Shown in pieces: positions 44,763-54,680 of a DNA stretch of 60,127 nt. Each line of letters starts with the position of its first letter. Position 1 is the stretch's first letter. A program made the translations under genes and the position numbers. Source of the stretch: Desulfobaccales bacterium (lineage in GTDB: Bacteria; Desulfobacterota; Desulfobaccia; Desulfobaccales; 0-14-0-80-60-11); NCBI GenBank assembly GCA_049696835.1, contig JBAVUP010000162.1, positions 1 through 60,127 on the forward strand, read 5' to 3'. The notes beneath the pieces were generated by a model. That model ran no database searches. It was given only the letters and a program-made list of their open reading frames with translations, and was not told where the DNA came from.

Positions 44763-45678
44763 AATTTTAGAGGCTCAAGAAATACTTCGAGCGCTTGGAC
44801 TACCTCCTGCACAATATAACGAATCTGCCGCTTTGACTTTCTTGTCTTTAGCCAATATTAAAGAAAATGACCCATGGACAAAGGCTGAACCCATAAGGCG
44901 CAGGATACATGATATAATAACTTTTATAAGAGATGCTTTTGGCAGGGAATACGCCGAAAACACAAGAGAGACCATACGGCGGCAAGTTATACATCAATTT
45001 GAGCAAGCAAGAATAGTTAACCGAAACCCAGATAACCCTTTGCTCCCCACAAATAGCCCAAGGACACATTATGCACTGACTGATGAAGTAATAAACCTTA
45101 TTCGCGCATACGGAGGAAAGGGGTGGAATAGAAAAATTAAAAGTATATTGGGATCTCGGAAGCGTCTATGGGAAATTTACCAAAAAGAAAGAAAACTTAA
45201 GATGGTTCCCGTGAAACTTCCAACGGGTAAGAACATATTACTATCTCCTGGGAAACATAACGAACTACAAGCTGCCATAATCGAACAATTCGGGCCTCGA
45301 TTTGCACCAGGATCACAGGTTGTTTATATCGGCGATACCGCTAGAAAAACTCTACATTTAGATGAAAAACTTTTAGAAAGGCTCAAAATACCAGTATCAA
45401 AACACGATAAACTTCCGGATATTGTCTTTTATGATAAAAAGAGAAATTTCCTTTTTTTAGTAGAAGCCGTTACATCACACGGCCCTGTTTCCCCCAAAAG
45501 ACAGTATGAGCTTGAAAATATGCTCAAGGATTGCCCGGCAAAAAGAATTTATGTCAGTGCATTCCAAAATTTCAAGGAATTTAAGCGACATTTAGACAAC
45601 ATAGCTTGGGAAACCGAAGTATGGCTATCAGAAATCCCCGCCCATTTAATACATTTTAATGGCGATAAGTTCTTATAA
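44755..45678 (+). CDS. Type II restriction endonuclease, BsuBI/PstI family (tentative)
   Basis: 307 aa. The ATG overlaps the methylase stop. Size, position and remembered family features match (N-terminal LGLP...NE region; C-terminal PDIVFYD...FLVEAVTSHGP, a PD-(D/E)xK-like motif). Confidence 0.7.
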   Translation: MGKILEAQEILRALGLPPAQYNESAALTFLSLANIKENDPWTKAEPIRRRIHDIITFIRDAFGREYAENTRETIRRQVIHQFEQARIVNRNPDNPLLPTNSPRTHYALTDEVINLIRAYGGKGWNRKIKSILGSRKRLWEIYQKERKLKMVPVKLPTGKNILLSPGKHNELQAAIIEQFGPRFAPGSQVVYIGDTARKTLHLDEKLLERLKIPVSKHDKLPDIVFYDKKRNFLFLVEAVTSHGPVSPKRQYELENMLKDCPAKRIYVSAFQNFKEFKRHLDNIAWETEVWLSEIPAHLIHFNGDKFL

Positions 45679-45699
45679 TTGGATAAATTACCAAAGTAG

Positions 45700-45747
45700 T
45701 TTGGGCAGGGAAATCTTTATTCCATAATTCCCTGCCCAAATATTTTT
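45700..45747 (+). terminator. Rho-independent terminator after the R-M genes
   Basis: Perfect 13 bp stem tttgggcagggaa/ttccctgcccaaa with a 15 nt loop, followed by a T-rich tract (tattttt). Confidence 0.6.
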
Positions 45748-45760
45748 CTCAATCATATTC

Positions 45761-47035
45761 TTACGCCGTCGAACACTGCGAGCAGCCGCCGGGGTGTGGT
45801 CGGGGGCTGGTGGTCAGGGATTGTTGCAGGTATTGTTGCACCAGGGCCTCCGGGGCTTCCAGGGGGGCGCCGGCGATCACTTCGATGCCTTTCTTGGTCA
45901 GCAGGGTCTGGGCCTTTTCCCCCAGGGTGCCGGCGATGACGTGGGTGATTCCCATCTCATCCAGCCATTCGGGGATACCGCCGGCCTCGTGGGGCGGGGT
46001 GGGCACCAGTTCCTTGGGCCCCACGGTGCCGTCTTTGACCTGAAAGATGGCAAAGTGGGAGGCGTGGCCGAACTTATCCGACAGTTTGCCGTTGTCCACG
46101 GGCAGGGCGAACTTCAAGACCCCCGGTTCCCGGGTGGACAGCGGCGTCAGCGGCAGAGTATCCAGGAGGTAATCCACGATGGGCCGCAAGCCCTGGAAGA
46201 AGGGGCTGTCATCTTCCTTGACGTCCATGAGCCGGCCCTGGTCCGCGGCCTCCACCACCTTGGGGTCAAAGGGCAGGGCCCCCAGGAAGGGGACCTTGGC
46301 GGCCCGGGCGGTCTTGGCGCCGCCGCCGCGCTTGAACAGGGGCAGGTCCTTGCCGCAGTGGGGGCAGGCATAGCCGCTCATGTTCTCCACGACCCCCACC
46401 ACCTTCATATTAATCTTGTCGCAGAAATTGAGGGACTTGCGCACATCCGCCAGGGAGATCTCCTGGGGGGTGGTGACGATGATGGCCTGGGCGTCGGGAA
46501 TGGTCTGGGCCACGCTCAGGGGTTCATCCCCGGTCCCCGGCGGGGAATCCACCACCAGGTAATCCAGGGAACCCCACTGCACTTCGCCGATGAACTGGCG
46601 GATGAGTTGGTGTTTCAAGGGTCCCCGCCAGATTACCGCCATGTCCCGGTCCCGCATGAGGACCTCAATGGAGATGACCCGGAGGTTGTCAAAGAGGTCC
46701 GGGGGCAGGGCAAACTGGGCATGGGTCAGGTCCAGGGGTTCTTTCAGGCCCAGCATCCTCAAGACGTTGGGGCCGTGCAGGTCCACATCCATCAACCCGA
46801 CTTTTTTGCCGCGGCGGGCCAGGGCCAAAGCCAGGCTGACGGCCACGCTGCTCTTGCCCACGCCGCCTTTGCCGCTCATCACCACGAGCTTGTGGCGAAT
46901 CTGCTTCAGGGCCCGGGTTAATTCCCTGTCTTCTTCGTCTTTCTGGGTAGCATGGTGAGCCGGATCGCATCCCTGGCAGGACTGGGGGTCTTCGCCGCAG
47001 GACTGGGGATCGGCTCCACTAGGACATTTATCCAT
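45761..47035 (-). CDS. Mrp/NBP35 (ApbC-like) Fe-S cluster carrier ATPase fused to a NifX/NifB-like C-domain
   Basis: Cys-rich N-terminus, P-loop MSGKGGVGKS and CPHC motif. The C-terminal 110 aa resemble the dinitrogenase FeMo-cofactor-biosynthesis (NifX_NifB) domain (FGHASHFAIF...). Confidence 0.88.
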   Translation of the reverse strand: MDKCPSGADPQSCGEDPQSCQGCDPAHHATQKDEEDRELTRALKQIRHKLVVMSGKGGVGKSSVAVSLALALARRGKKVGLMDVDLHGPNVLRMLGLKEPLDLTHAQFALPPDLFDNLRVISIEVLMRDRDMAVIWRGPLKHQLIRQFIGEVQWGSLDYLVVDSPPGTGDEPLSVAQTIPDAQAIIVTTPQEISLADVRKSLNFCDKINMKVVGVVENMSGYACPHCGKDLPLFKRGGGAKTARAAKVPFLGALPFDPKVVEAADQGRLMDVKEDDSPFFQGLRPIVDYLLDTLPLTPLSTREPGVLKFALPVDNGKLSDKFGHASHFAIFQVKDGTVGPKELVPTPPHEAGGIPEWLDEMGITHVIAGTLGEKAQTLLTKKGIEVIAGAPLEAPEALVQQYLQQSLTTSPRPHPGGCSQCSTA

Positions 47036-47064
47036 ATCTTAAGCTCCTCTGAAGGGTAATCGAT

Positions 47065-47105
47065 AAAAAACCGCCGGAGAGGGAGGATATCGGCCTCCCT
47101 GCTCC
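47065..47105 (-). terminator. Candidate intrinsic terminator downstream of the site-2 protease gene
   Basis: On the minus strand: an imperfect GC stem (ggagcaggga...tccctctcc), then ggcgg, then TTTTTT. Confidence 0.4.
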
Positions 47106-47227
47106 ATAGATAATTTTATGCCTCTTTCTGACAAGATGCAAGTTATGAACCAATGATAATTTATTATTTTGGTCCAGTGATCACGGCAATGACCTGCGGC
47201 GAACTGCGGCCGCCTTCCCCAGGCCGG

Positions 47228-47857
47228 TCAGCCGCCCAGCAACACCAGGGCAATAGCGCGATAGAAGGGCATGATAATGGCCCCCAGGATACCGGTGTAA
47301 AACAGGATCAGGATGAGGACGAATCCCACCGGCTGGAGGTGGCTATAGAGCCGGGCCAGGTCCCGGGGCAGCAGGATGGCCAGGATGTGGGAGCCGTCCA
47401 GGGGCGGGATGGGAATCAGGTTGAACAGGGCCAGGAAGATATTGATGCTCACGCCGAAGTAAGCCAGCTTCATGAGGCCCACATTATTGAAGCCCAGGCG
47501 CAGCAATACCGAAAAAAGCGCGGCCAGGGCCAGATTACTCACGGGCCCGGCGGCGCTTACCGCGAACTCCCCCCAGCGATAGTTGCGATAATTGAGGGGA
47601 TTGACCGGCACCGGGCGGGCCCAGCCGAAGAGAATGCCGGCGTGGGTCATCAGGAGCAGCAGCGGCAGCAGGATGGTGCCGATGGGATCGATGTGGGGCA
47701 CCGGGTTCAGGGTGATGCGGCCCAGCATCCGGGCCGTGGGATCGCCATTCAAGAGGGCCACGTACCCGTGGGCCACCTCATGGACAATGACGGAGAACAG
47801 GAGCACCACGGCCATGAGGGCCGCTTCCAGGAGGTAGGGAAGATTCATGCCAGGCAT
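47228..47857 (-). CDS. Site-2 protease (M50) family membrane metalloprotease
   Basis: HEVAHG zinc motif in a TM helix, and a downstream NLIPIPPLDG motif. Confidence 0.85.
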   Translation of the reverse strand: MPGMNLPYLLEAALMAVVLLFSVIVHEVAHGYVALLNGDPTARMLGRITLNPVPHIDPIGTILLPLLLLMTHAGILFGWARPVPVNPLNYRNYRWGEFAVSAAGPVSNLALAALFSVLLRLGFNNVGLMKLAYFGVSINIFLALFNLIPIPPLDGSHILAILLPRDLARLYSHLQPVGFVLILILFYTGILGAIIMPFYRAIALVLLGG

Positions 47858-47858
47858 A

Positions 47859-49277
47859 TCAGGTTTCCCGGATCAACGCCTCTCCCGCGACCCGCAAGCG
47901 CTCCAGTTCCTCCAGCGACGAGGCCTCGAAGTAGAAGCGCACCACCGGCTCGGTGCCGGAGGGCCGGAAACACACCCAGCTACCGTCTTCCAGGACGTAT
48001 TTATGGCCGTCCAGGGTGATATGCTCCGCAACCGCCAGGCCGGCAAACCGGGCCGGGGGCGTCTCTAAGCGCTCCAGCAGGCGGTCTTTGATTTCCGGAG
48101 TCAGGGAGAAGTTGAGGCGGCGGTTGTAGACCGGGCCGACCTTGGCGAACAGGTCGGCAATCAGTTCGGGGAGGCCCTTGCCTTTGCGGGCCACCATTTC
48201 GGCCACCATGACTCCGGCCAGAATGCCGTCTTTTTCCGGCAGATGGTGCTTCATGGAGAAGCCTTCGCTCTCTTCCCCCACCATGACCACCAGGTCTTTA
48301 TTGATATATTCACCCAGGTATTTGAAGCCCACCTTGGTGACGTACACCGGCCGGTTATACCGGGCGGCGATCCGGTCCAGCAGGTGGGTGGTGGCCACGC
48401 TCCGGGCCACGCCGCCGTCCCACCCCCGGGTCTCGATGAGATAATCGAAGAGCAGGCCCAGCACCGTATTGGCATCCCGGTAGTCGCCGGCGGCGTCCAT
48501 AACGCCGAAGCGGTCGGCATCGGCGTCCACCGCCAGGCCCAGATGCGCCCCGGTGGCCTGGATGCGGGCCGAGAGTTCTTGCAAAAATTCCCCGGAAGGC
48601 TCCGGCCGGTGCCCCCCGAAATAGGGGTCCCGATAGCCGTGGAGGACTTCCACCTGTACCCCCGCCTCCCGCAGGAAGGCATCCAGGTAATCATGGCCGG
48701 TGCCGAAGAGCACATCCGCCACCACTTTGAGGCCGGCGCGTTTCAAGACCTCGAGGTCCACCAGGTCCTTGAGGTGCCGGAAATAGGATTTCCGGGGGTC
48801 CAGGTCGACAATCAGGCCCTGTTCCCGGGCCTGGGCCACGGGCATGGTTTTAACGGCCGCGGGGGTCAATTTGCCGATCAGGGACTCGATGGCGTTGGTC
48901 ACCGGCGAGGGGGCCGGCCCCCCGGTGGCGGGGGAGAACTTGATGCCGTTATACTCCGGGGGATTGTGGCTGGCGGTGATGTTGACGGCCCCGGCGTTCT
49001 TGCCTTCCCGGACGGCCCAACTCACCACCGGCGTGGGACAATCCCGGGTGGTGAAATGGCTGGTGATACCGTTGCCGGCCATCACCTCGGCGGCGGTGGC
49101 GGCGAAGGCCTCGGACAAAAAGCGGGTATCGTAGCCGATCACCACGCCCTGCGCGGTCAACCCCTCTTGCTGGAGATAGTCGGCAATACCCTGGCACACC
49201 AGGCGGGCGTTGGCAAAGGTGAAATCCTCCGCCAGAATGCCCCGCCACCCCGAGGTTCCGAATTTGATCTCAGTCAT
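47859..49277 (-). CDS. Phosphoglucomutase/phosphomannomutase family protein
   Basis: GTSGWRG, active-site ITASHNPPEYNGIKF, and metal-binding DADADR. Confidence 0.88.
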   Translation of the reverse strand: MTEIKFGTSGWRGILAEDFTFANARLVCQGIADYLQQEGLTAQGVVIGYDTRFLSEAFAATAAEVMAGNGITSHFTTRDCPTPVVSWAVREGKNAGAVNITASHNPPEYNGIKFSPATGGPAPSPVTNAIESLIGKLTPAAVKTMPVAQAREQGLIVDLDPRKSYFRHLKDLVDLEVLKRAGLKVVADVLFGTGHDYLDAFLREAGVQVEVLHGYRDPYFGGHRPEPSGEFLQELSARIQATGAHLGLAVDADADRFGVMDAAGDYRDANTVLGLLFDYLIETRGWDGGVARSVATTHLLDRIAARYNRPVYVTKVGFKYLGEYINKDLVVMVGEESEGFSMKHHLPEKDGILAGVMVAEMVARKGKGLPELIADLFAKVGPVYNRRLNFSLTPEIKDRLLERLETPPARFAGLAVAEHITLDGHKYVLEDGSWVCFRPSGTEPVVRFYFEASSLEELERLRVAGEALIRET

Positions 49278-49400
49278 CCTGGGCTCATCCTTTCGTTTCC
49301 GGGGATTCGTTGCAGAGGCCGGTATTCAGAAGTCGGTGATCAGGAAAGTAAGCCCGAAACACCCTCTGATCACTGGCAACTGGTAACTGGCGGCTTAAAG

Positions 49401-50657
49401 TTAAGTCCCCAAATCGTAGGAGGCCAGATATTTTTCCTGCTCGGGGGTCAGGGTGTCGATATCCACCTGCATGGCGGCCAGTTTCAGCCGGGCGATTTCC
49501 TTATCGATGGCTTCCGGCACCGGATAGACCTGCTTGGCGAACTGCTGGTGGTTCCGGGAAATGAATTCCGCCGACAGGGCCTGGTTGGCAAAGCTCATAT
49601 CCATGACCGCCGAGGGGTGGCCTTCCGCCGCGGCCAGATTGACCAGGCGCCCTTCCGCCAGCAGGTAGAGACATCTACCGTTATTGAGGTTGAATTCTTC
49701 CACCGCGTCCCGAATCGCGCGCCGGGCGGTGCTCAAGCGCTCCAGGGCCGGAATGTCGATTTCCACGTTGAAGTGCCCGGAGTTGGAGAGAATGGCGCCG
49801 TCTTTCATGACCGCCAAGTGCTCTTCCCGGATGACGTTGATGTCGCCGGTGAGGGTGCAGAAGATGTCGCCGATCCTGGCGGCCCGGGCCATGGGCAGCA
49901 CTTCGTAGCCGTCCATCAGGGCCTCCAGGGCCTTGAGGGGATTGACTTCGGTGACGATGATCCGGGCGCCCATGCCCCGGGCCCGCATGGCCAAGCCCCG
50001 GCCGCACCAGCCATAGCCGGCCACCACAAAGATGCCGCCGGCCATCAGCCGGTTGGTGGCCCGCAGGATGCCGTCGAGGGTGCTCTGGCCTGTGCCGTAG
50101 CGGTTGTCAAAGAGATATTTGGTCATGGCGTCATTCACCGCGATGACCGGGTAGCGCAGCACCCCGTCATGGGCCATGGCCTTGAGGCGGATCACCCCGG
50201 TGGTGGTTTCTTCGGTGCCGCCGAACACCTCGGCAATCAAGTCCTGGCGCTTGGTGTGGATGGTGAAGACCAGATCGGCCCCGTCATCCATGGTCATCTG
50301 GGGTTTCACTTCCAGGGCCTGGTTGATATGGCGATAATAGGTGTCGCTGTCTTCGCCTTTGATGGCAAAGGTGGGAATGCCTTCGTGCTTGGCCAGGTGA
50401 GCGGCCACGTCATCCTGGGTGCTCAGGGGGTTGGAGGCGCAGACGTGCACCAGCGCCCCCCCGGCCTTCAAGGTCGCGGCCAGCACCGCGGTCTCGGTGG
50501 TGACGTGTAAACACGCGGCGACCCTGAGGCCGGACAAGGGTTTTTCCTGCTCGAACCGTTCCCGGATGGCGTTCAACACCGGCATATCCCGCCGGGCCCA
50601 CTCCACCCGCAGGCGGCCCTTGTCGGCCAGATTGATATCCTTGACATGGTAATCCAT
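49401..50657 (-). CDS. ahcY: Adenosylhomocysteinase
   Basis: DINLADKGR, the NAD-binding [11 protein letters not shown], and other family-wide conservation. GAGGAG precedes the ATG at 50657. Confidence 0.95.
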   Translation of the reverse strand: MDYHVKDINLADKGRLRVEWARRDMPVLNAIRERFEQEKPLSGLRVAACLHVTTETAVLAATLKAGGALVHVCASNPLSTQDDVAAHLAKHEGIPTFAIKGEDSDTYYRHINQALEVKPQMTMDDGADLVFTIHTKRQDLIAEVFGGTEETTTGVIRLKAMAHDGVLRYPVIAVNDAMTKYLFDNRYGTGQSTLDGILRATNRLMAGGIFVVAGYGWCGRGLAMRARGMGARIIVTEVNPLKALEALMDGYEVLPMARAARIGDIFCTLTGDINVIREEHLAVMKDGAILSNSGHFNVEIDIPALERLSTARRAIRDAVEEFNLNNGRCLYLLAEGRLVNLAAAEGHPSAVMDMSFANQALSAEFISRNHQQFAKQVYPVPEAIDKEIARLKLAAMQVDIDTLTPEQEKYLASYDLGT

Positions 50658-50665
50658 GGAACTCC

Positions 50666-51883
50666 TCATTTCGCTTGGGCGGCGGCTTGCGGCTGACAGA
50701 TGCAGATGGGGGAGGGGCCTTTGAGCCCGGCCTTTTCCCGGAGCACATCCACTTTGTTGACGTATTCCCAGGTAAAGTCCGGGTCCGTGCGGCCGAAATG
50801 GCCGTACGCCGCGGTTTTCTTGAAGATGGGCCGCTGGAGCTCCAGGTATTGGATCATGGCCGCGGGCTTGAAGCTAAAGGTGGACTTGATGATCTCCAGG
50901 AGTTTGTCCTCGGAGATGACCGCGGTGCCGTAGGTATAGACCATAATGGAAAGGGGATCGGGTAACCCGATGGAGTAGGCCACCTGGACTTCGCAACGTT
51001 TGGCCAGACCCGCGGCCACCACGTTCTTGGCCACGTGCCGGAGCATGTAGGAGGTGGTGCGGTCCACCTTGGTGGGGTCCTTGCCCGAGAAGGCCCCGCC
51101 GCCGTGATAGCCCCGCCCGCCGTAGGTGTCCACGATGATCTTGCGGCCGGTCATGCCGCAATCCGCCAGAGGGCCCCCCACGATAAATTTGCCGGTGGTG
51201 TTTACCAGGAACTTGGTGTCCACTAACAAATGCGCCGGGATCGTCTTTTTGATCACTTCCTCGATGATGGCCTCTCTCAGATCCTCGTATTTGACATCAG
51301 GGTGGTGCTGGGCCGCAACGACCACGGTGTGCACACTCCTGGGCTCACCGTTTTCATAACGCACCGTCACCTGGGTCTTGCCGTCGGGACGCAAAAAGGG
51401 CAAAGTCTTATCTTTTCGCACCTTGGCCAGCCGCTCGGCCAGCCGATGGGCGTACCAGATAGGCATGGGCATAAAGTTTTCCGTGGAGGTGGAGGCATAA
51501 CCGAACATGAGCCCCTGGTCGCCGGCCCCCTGCTCGGGAGTAAGGCCCCGGCCCTCGATGCCTTGGGCAATGTCGGGGGACTGCCGGTCAAGGGAGGTAA
51601 GGACGGCGCAGGTTTCCCAGTCGAAGCCCATGGATGAATCCCGATAGCCGATCTCTTTGATAGTTTCACGGACGATGACGGGGAAATCCAGCCGGGCGGT
51701 GGTGGTGATCTCTCCGGCAATCATGGCCAGGCCGGTGGTCACCAGGGTTTCGCAGGCCACCCGGGCAAATTTGTCTTGCGCAATGATGGCATCTAAAATC
51801 GCGTCGGAGATCTGGTCTGCCACCTTATCGGGATGCCCCTCGGTCACTGACTCCGAGGTAAACAGAAAATGGGATTTGGCCAT
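50666..51883 (-). CDS. metK: S-adenosylmethionine synthase
   Basis: [19 protein letters not shown] and GGGAFSGKD motifs. About 17 aa C-terminal extension relative to E. coli MetK. Confidence 0.95.
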   Translation of the reverse strand: MAKSHFLFTSESVTEGHPDKVADQISDAILDAIIAQDKFARVACETLVTTGLAMIAGEITTTARLDFPVIVRETIKEIGYRDSSMGFDWETCAVLTSLDRQSPDIAQGIEGRGLTPEQGAGDQGLMFGYASTSTENFMPMPIWYAHRLAERLAKVRKDKTLPFLRPDGKTQVTVRYENGEPRSVHTVVVAAQHHPDVKYEDLREAIIEEVIKKTIPAHLLVDTKFLVNTTGKFIVGGPLADCGMTGRKIIVDTYGGRGYHGGGAFSGKDPTKVDRTTSYMLRHVAKNVVAAGLAKRCEVQVAYSIGLPDPLSIMVYTYGTAVISEDKLLEIIKSTFSFKPAAMIQYLELQRPIFKKTAAYGHFGRTDPDFTWEYVNKVDVLREKAGLKGPSPICICQPQAAAQAK

Positions 51884-51902
51884 CCTGGTCGGACTCCTTT
51901 GC

Positions 51903-51935
51903 AAAAATAATCACCGCGCGGGGCTCCCCCGCGCC
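51903..51935 (-). terminator. Candidate intrinsic terminator between panD and metK
   Basis: Perfect 8 bp GC stem gcgcgggg/ccccgcgc with a 3 nt loop. A T-rich tract follows 8 nt later on the minus strand. Confidence 0.35.
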
Positions 51936-51948
51936 TATCCGAAAAATA

Positions 51949-52344
51949 TTAACTGGACACGGAGAAAAAAGCGAGAGGTTTTTCAGCCGAGGCGGTATTC
52001 CTGAGATGATTGTGATGGTCCACCAATATCACCGTGGGTCGGTGCTCCTGGAGCTCCGCCCCTTCATAGGTGGCGTAAGTGGTGATGATGATCAAATCCC
52101 CCGGTGCGCCCTTGCGGGCCGCGGCGCCGTTCAAACAGATCACCCCGGAATTCTCCTCGCCTTCAATGGCGTAGGTCTCAAAGCGTTCGCCGTTGGAGAT
52201 ATTGTAGACGTGGACCAACTCATACGGCAAAATGTCCGCCGCCCGCATCAGTTCCGCGGCTATGGTGAGGGACCCTTCATAGTTCAGATCGGCCTGGGTG
52301 ACGGTGGCGCGGTGAATTTTGGATTTCATCATTACACGCAACAT
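51949..52344 (-). CDS. panD: Aspartate 1-decarboxylase
   Basis: [28 protein letters not shown] aligns to the E. coli PanD N-terminus, including the G-S self-cleavage site. Confidence 0.9.
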   Translation of the reverse strand: MLRVMMKSKIHRATVTQADLNYEGSLTIAAELMRAADILPYELVHVYNISNGERFETYAIEGEENSGVICLNGAAARKGAPGDLIIITTYATYEGAELQEHRPTVILVDHHNHLRNTASAEKPLAFFSVSS

Positions 52345-53195
52345 AGCCGGGACTCCGATAGCAAAGTATTGTCGATGAGGCGGGTTTGGTTGATCCACAC
52401 CGCCAGCAATAACCGGGCCTCGCCCTGGATGGTCTCCACTTCCCGGAGGCTCTCCGGGTCCACCAGGGCCGCGTAGTCGATGCGGGTGTGGGGCGATGAG
52501 TCGATGATCTGGCGCACGGCCTCCAGGATATTCTCCCGGCTTTTGGCGCCCGACACCACCAGTTCCCGGGCCGCCAGCAAGGCCCGATACAGGCACAGGG
52601 CCGCGGCCCGCTCTTCCGGGTTAAGGTACGCATTCCGGGAACTCATGGCCAGGCCGTCGGGCTCCCGGATAATGGGCCGGCCCGCGATCTGCACGGGCAC
52701 GTTCAAATCATCAGCCATGCGGCGAATTATCCTGAGCTGCTGGTAATCTTTTTCACCAAAAATCGCCACCTGGGGCTGCACCTGGTTCAATAACTTGAGC
52801 ACCACGGTGGCCACCCCCCGGAAATGCCCCGGCCGGGAGGCGCCGCAGAGCCCCTGGGAGAGGGACTCCACGGCAACAAAGGTCTGATATCCCGGGGGAT
52901 ACATGGCGGCCGCGTCCGGGGTGTATAGGCAATCCACCCCCACCTCCCCGGCCAGCCGGGCATCCCGGTCCAAATCCCGGGGGTAGCGCGCCAAATCTTC
53001 CTGGGGCCCGAACTGGGCGGGATTGACGAACAGGCTCACCACCAGGCGGTCGGCAATGGTGCGGCCGTACTCCATCAGGCTGAGATGCCCCTGATGGAAA
53101 TAGCCCATGGTGGGCACCAGGGCGACCTTCAGACCTTGCCCCAGCCACTGCCGGGTCAAGGCATGCATATCTAAAGGATCGCTGATGATTTCCAT
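52332..53195 (-). CDS. panC: Pantoate-beta-alanine ligase
   Basis: [17 protein letters not shown] (HxGH) and other family-wide motifs. The N-terminus aligns with the start of E. coli PanC. Confidence 0.92.
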   Translation of the reverse strand: MEIISDPLDMHALTRQWLGQGLKVALVPTMGYFHQGHLSLMEYGRTIADRLVVSLFVNPAQFGPQEDLARYPRDLDRDARLAGEVGVDCLYTPDAAAMYPPGYQTFVAVESLSQGLCGASRPGHFRGVATVVLKLLNQVQPQVAIFGEKDYQQLRIIRRMADDLNVPVQIAGRPIIREPDGLAMSSRNAYLNPEERAAALCLYRALLAARELVVSGAKSRENILEAVRQIIDSSPHTRIDYAALVDPESLREVETIQGEARLLLAVWINQTRLIDNTLLSESRLCCV

Positions 53196-53225
53196 AAAAA
53201 AACCCCAGACCTGATCCTCTGGGGG
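53196..53225 (-). terminator. Intrinsic-terminator hairpin plus U7 abutting the panC start codon (leader attenuator candidate)
   Basis: On the minus strand: ccccaga-ggatcagg-tctgggg, then TTTTTTT, then ATG directly. Confidence 0.55.
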
Positions 53226-53290
53226 TTTGGCGCCCGCCGAGTCTCAGTCCGTGTCGCACCGGATCCAAGCTCTGGGTTAAAAACTATTTA

Positions 53291-53320
53291 TTTTTACCAT
53301 GCTTGCCGGAGGATTGTCAA
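53291..53320 (-). promoter_or_regulatory. Candidate sigma70 promoter of the panCD leader
   Basis: On the minus strand: TTGACA, 18 nt spacer, TAAAAA(T), about 95 nt upstream of the panC ATG. Confidence 0.4.
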
Positions 53321-53464
53321 TCTTTTGTTAGATTTTAACCGGTCCGGGAAGCAGGCCAAGCAAATATTTCCCGTGGGGAGGTACAAGGACGCAAGCATAT
53401 GTCCAAAATTATGGTTCTGGATCGCGGGAAACAGCCAGGGCGAATTTCTCTGGCTACTCAGCAT

Positions 53465-53568
53465 GAGGGCGACCCAACGGGTCGCCCCTACTTACAGGAT
53501 TGGGGGTGGGGGTTTGGGCGAGGGGGTAAGGGCACTTACGAAAAAGCCCCTTACCCCCTCCCCCAATC
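53465..53568. repeat. Nested palindromic intergenic repeats (a family C unit plus a family E unit)
   Basis: gagggcgacccaacgggtcgcccctac, then gattggggg...gagggggtaagggc-acttacgaaaaa-gccccttaccccctcccccaatc. Confidence 0.7.
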
Positions 53569-53570
53569 AT

Positions 53571-54614
53571 TCAGACATACACCACCGGCGGGTCGTCATT
53601 TTTTCGTTCTACGACTTCCCCGATCACGTAGCCCTGTTCGTGCAGGCCCTGGAGGCGCAGCAGCACGTCGGCCACCTGGTCCTCGGCCACCACCACCACC
53701 ATGCCGATGCCGTTGTTGAAGGTCCGCAGCATTTCGGCGTCGGGAATATTGCCCTTGGCCTTGAGCAGGGAGAAGATGGGGGGCATCGGCCAGGATTGGC
53801 GTTGAACGACCGCCTGGCAGGACTTGGGTAGGATGCGGGGCAGATTGTCGGTCAAGCCGCCGCCGGTGATGTGACAGATGCCGCTCAAGGGGAAATCCCG
53901 GAGCAGGTTGAGTACCGTCTCCACGTAGATGCGGGTGGGTTTGAGGAGTTCTTCCCCCAGGGGCCCGCCCAATTCCGCCATCTCGTCGTCCACCCGTAAG
54001 CGATGGCTTTCAAAGAGCACCTGGCGCACCAGGGAGTAGCCGTTGGCGTGGAGGCCGCTGGAGGCCAGGCCGATGAGGCGGTGGCCCACGGCGATGTCCG
54101 AGCCGTCGATGATGGCGTCCCGTTCCACCACGCCCACCACAAAGCCGGCCAAATCATAGTCGCCGGGCTGATAGATGCCGGGCATCTCCGCGGTCTCCCC
54201 CCCGATGAGGGAGCAGCGGGCCTGTTTGCATCCCTGGGTGATGCCGTCGATGATGGCGGTGGCGACTTCCGGGGACAGCTCCCCCATGGCCAGGTAATCC
54301 AGGAAGAACAGCGGGGTGGCGCCATGGACCACGATGTCGTTGGCGCACATGGCCACCAGGTCGATACCGATGGTATCATGACGGTTCATCAGGACCGCGA
54401 TCTTGATCTTGGTCCCTACGCCATCGGTGGCGGACACCAGCACCGGGTCGCGATACCGGTCCGCCCCCAAATGAAACATGCCGCCGAACGCGCCGATCTC
54501 CCCGAGGACCCCGGTGCGGTAGGTCGATTTCACCAGGGTCTTGATGCTCTTGATGAAGGCATCCGCCTTATCGATATCGACCCCGGCTTCTTTATACGTA
54601 CTGGTGTCGGCCAT
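53571..54614 (-). CDS. purM: Phosphoribosylformylglycinamidine cyclo-ligase (AIR synthetase)
   Basis: YKEAGVDID, DGVGTK and GGETAEMPG motifs. Confidence 0.95.
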   Translation of the reverse strand: MADTSTYKEAGVDIDKADAFIKSIKTLVKSTYRTGVLGEIGAFGGMFHLGADRYRDPVLVSATDGVGTKIKIAVLMNRHDTIGIDLVAMCANDIVVHGATPLFFLDYLAMGELSPEVATAIIDGITQGCKQARCSLIGGETAEMPGIYQPGDYDLAGFVVGVVERDAIIDGSDIAVGHRLIGLASSGLHANGYSLVRQVLFESHRLRVDDEMAELGGPLGEELLKPTRIYVETVLNLLRDFPLSGICHITGGGLTDNLPRILPKSCQAVVQRQSWPMPPIFSLLKAKGNIPDAEMLRTFNNGIGMVVVVAEDQVADVLLRLQGLHEQGYVIGEVVERKNDDPPVVYV

Positions 54615-54680
54615 CCCCTTTGTCTCCCCTCAAGGGTGTTCGGGCCATCCCATGAAAATCTTTAATAAAAAGTGAGGCTC

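Noticed and set aside
48243-50510. Very long ORFs antisense to well-supported genes. Examples are 48243-50510 (755 aa), 36889-38448 (519 aa), 10384-11865, 11723-13036, 13389-14780, 21446-22561, 31594-32709, 45794-46921, plus the many 60-300 aa Arg/Gly/Pro/His-rich ORFs.
   Set aside because: All are codon-aligned or offset mirror frames of genes with clear family motifs. In DNA of about 62% GC the stop-generating codons are rare, so such shadows are expected. Their compositions (R, G, P, H, A rich) are not protein-like.
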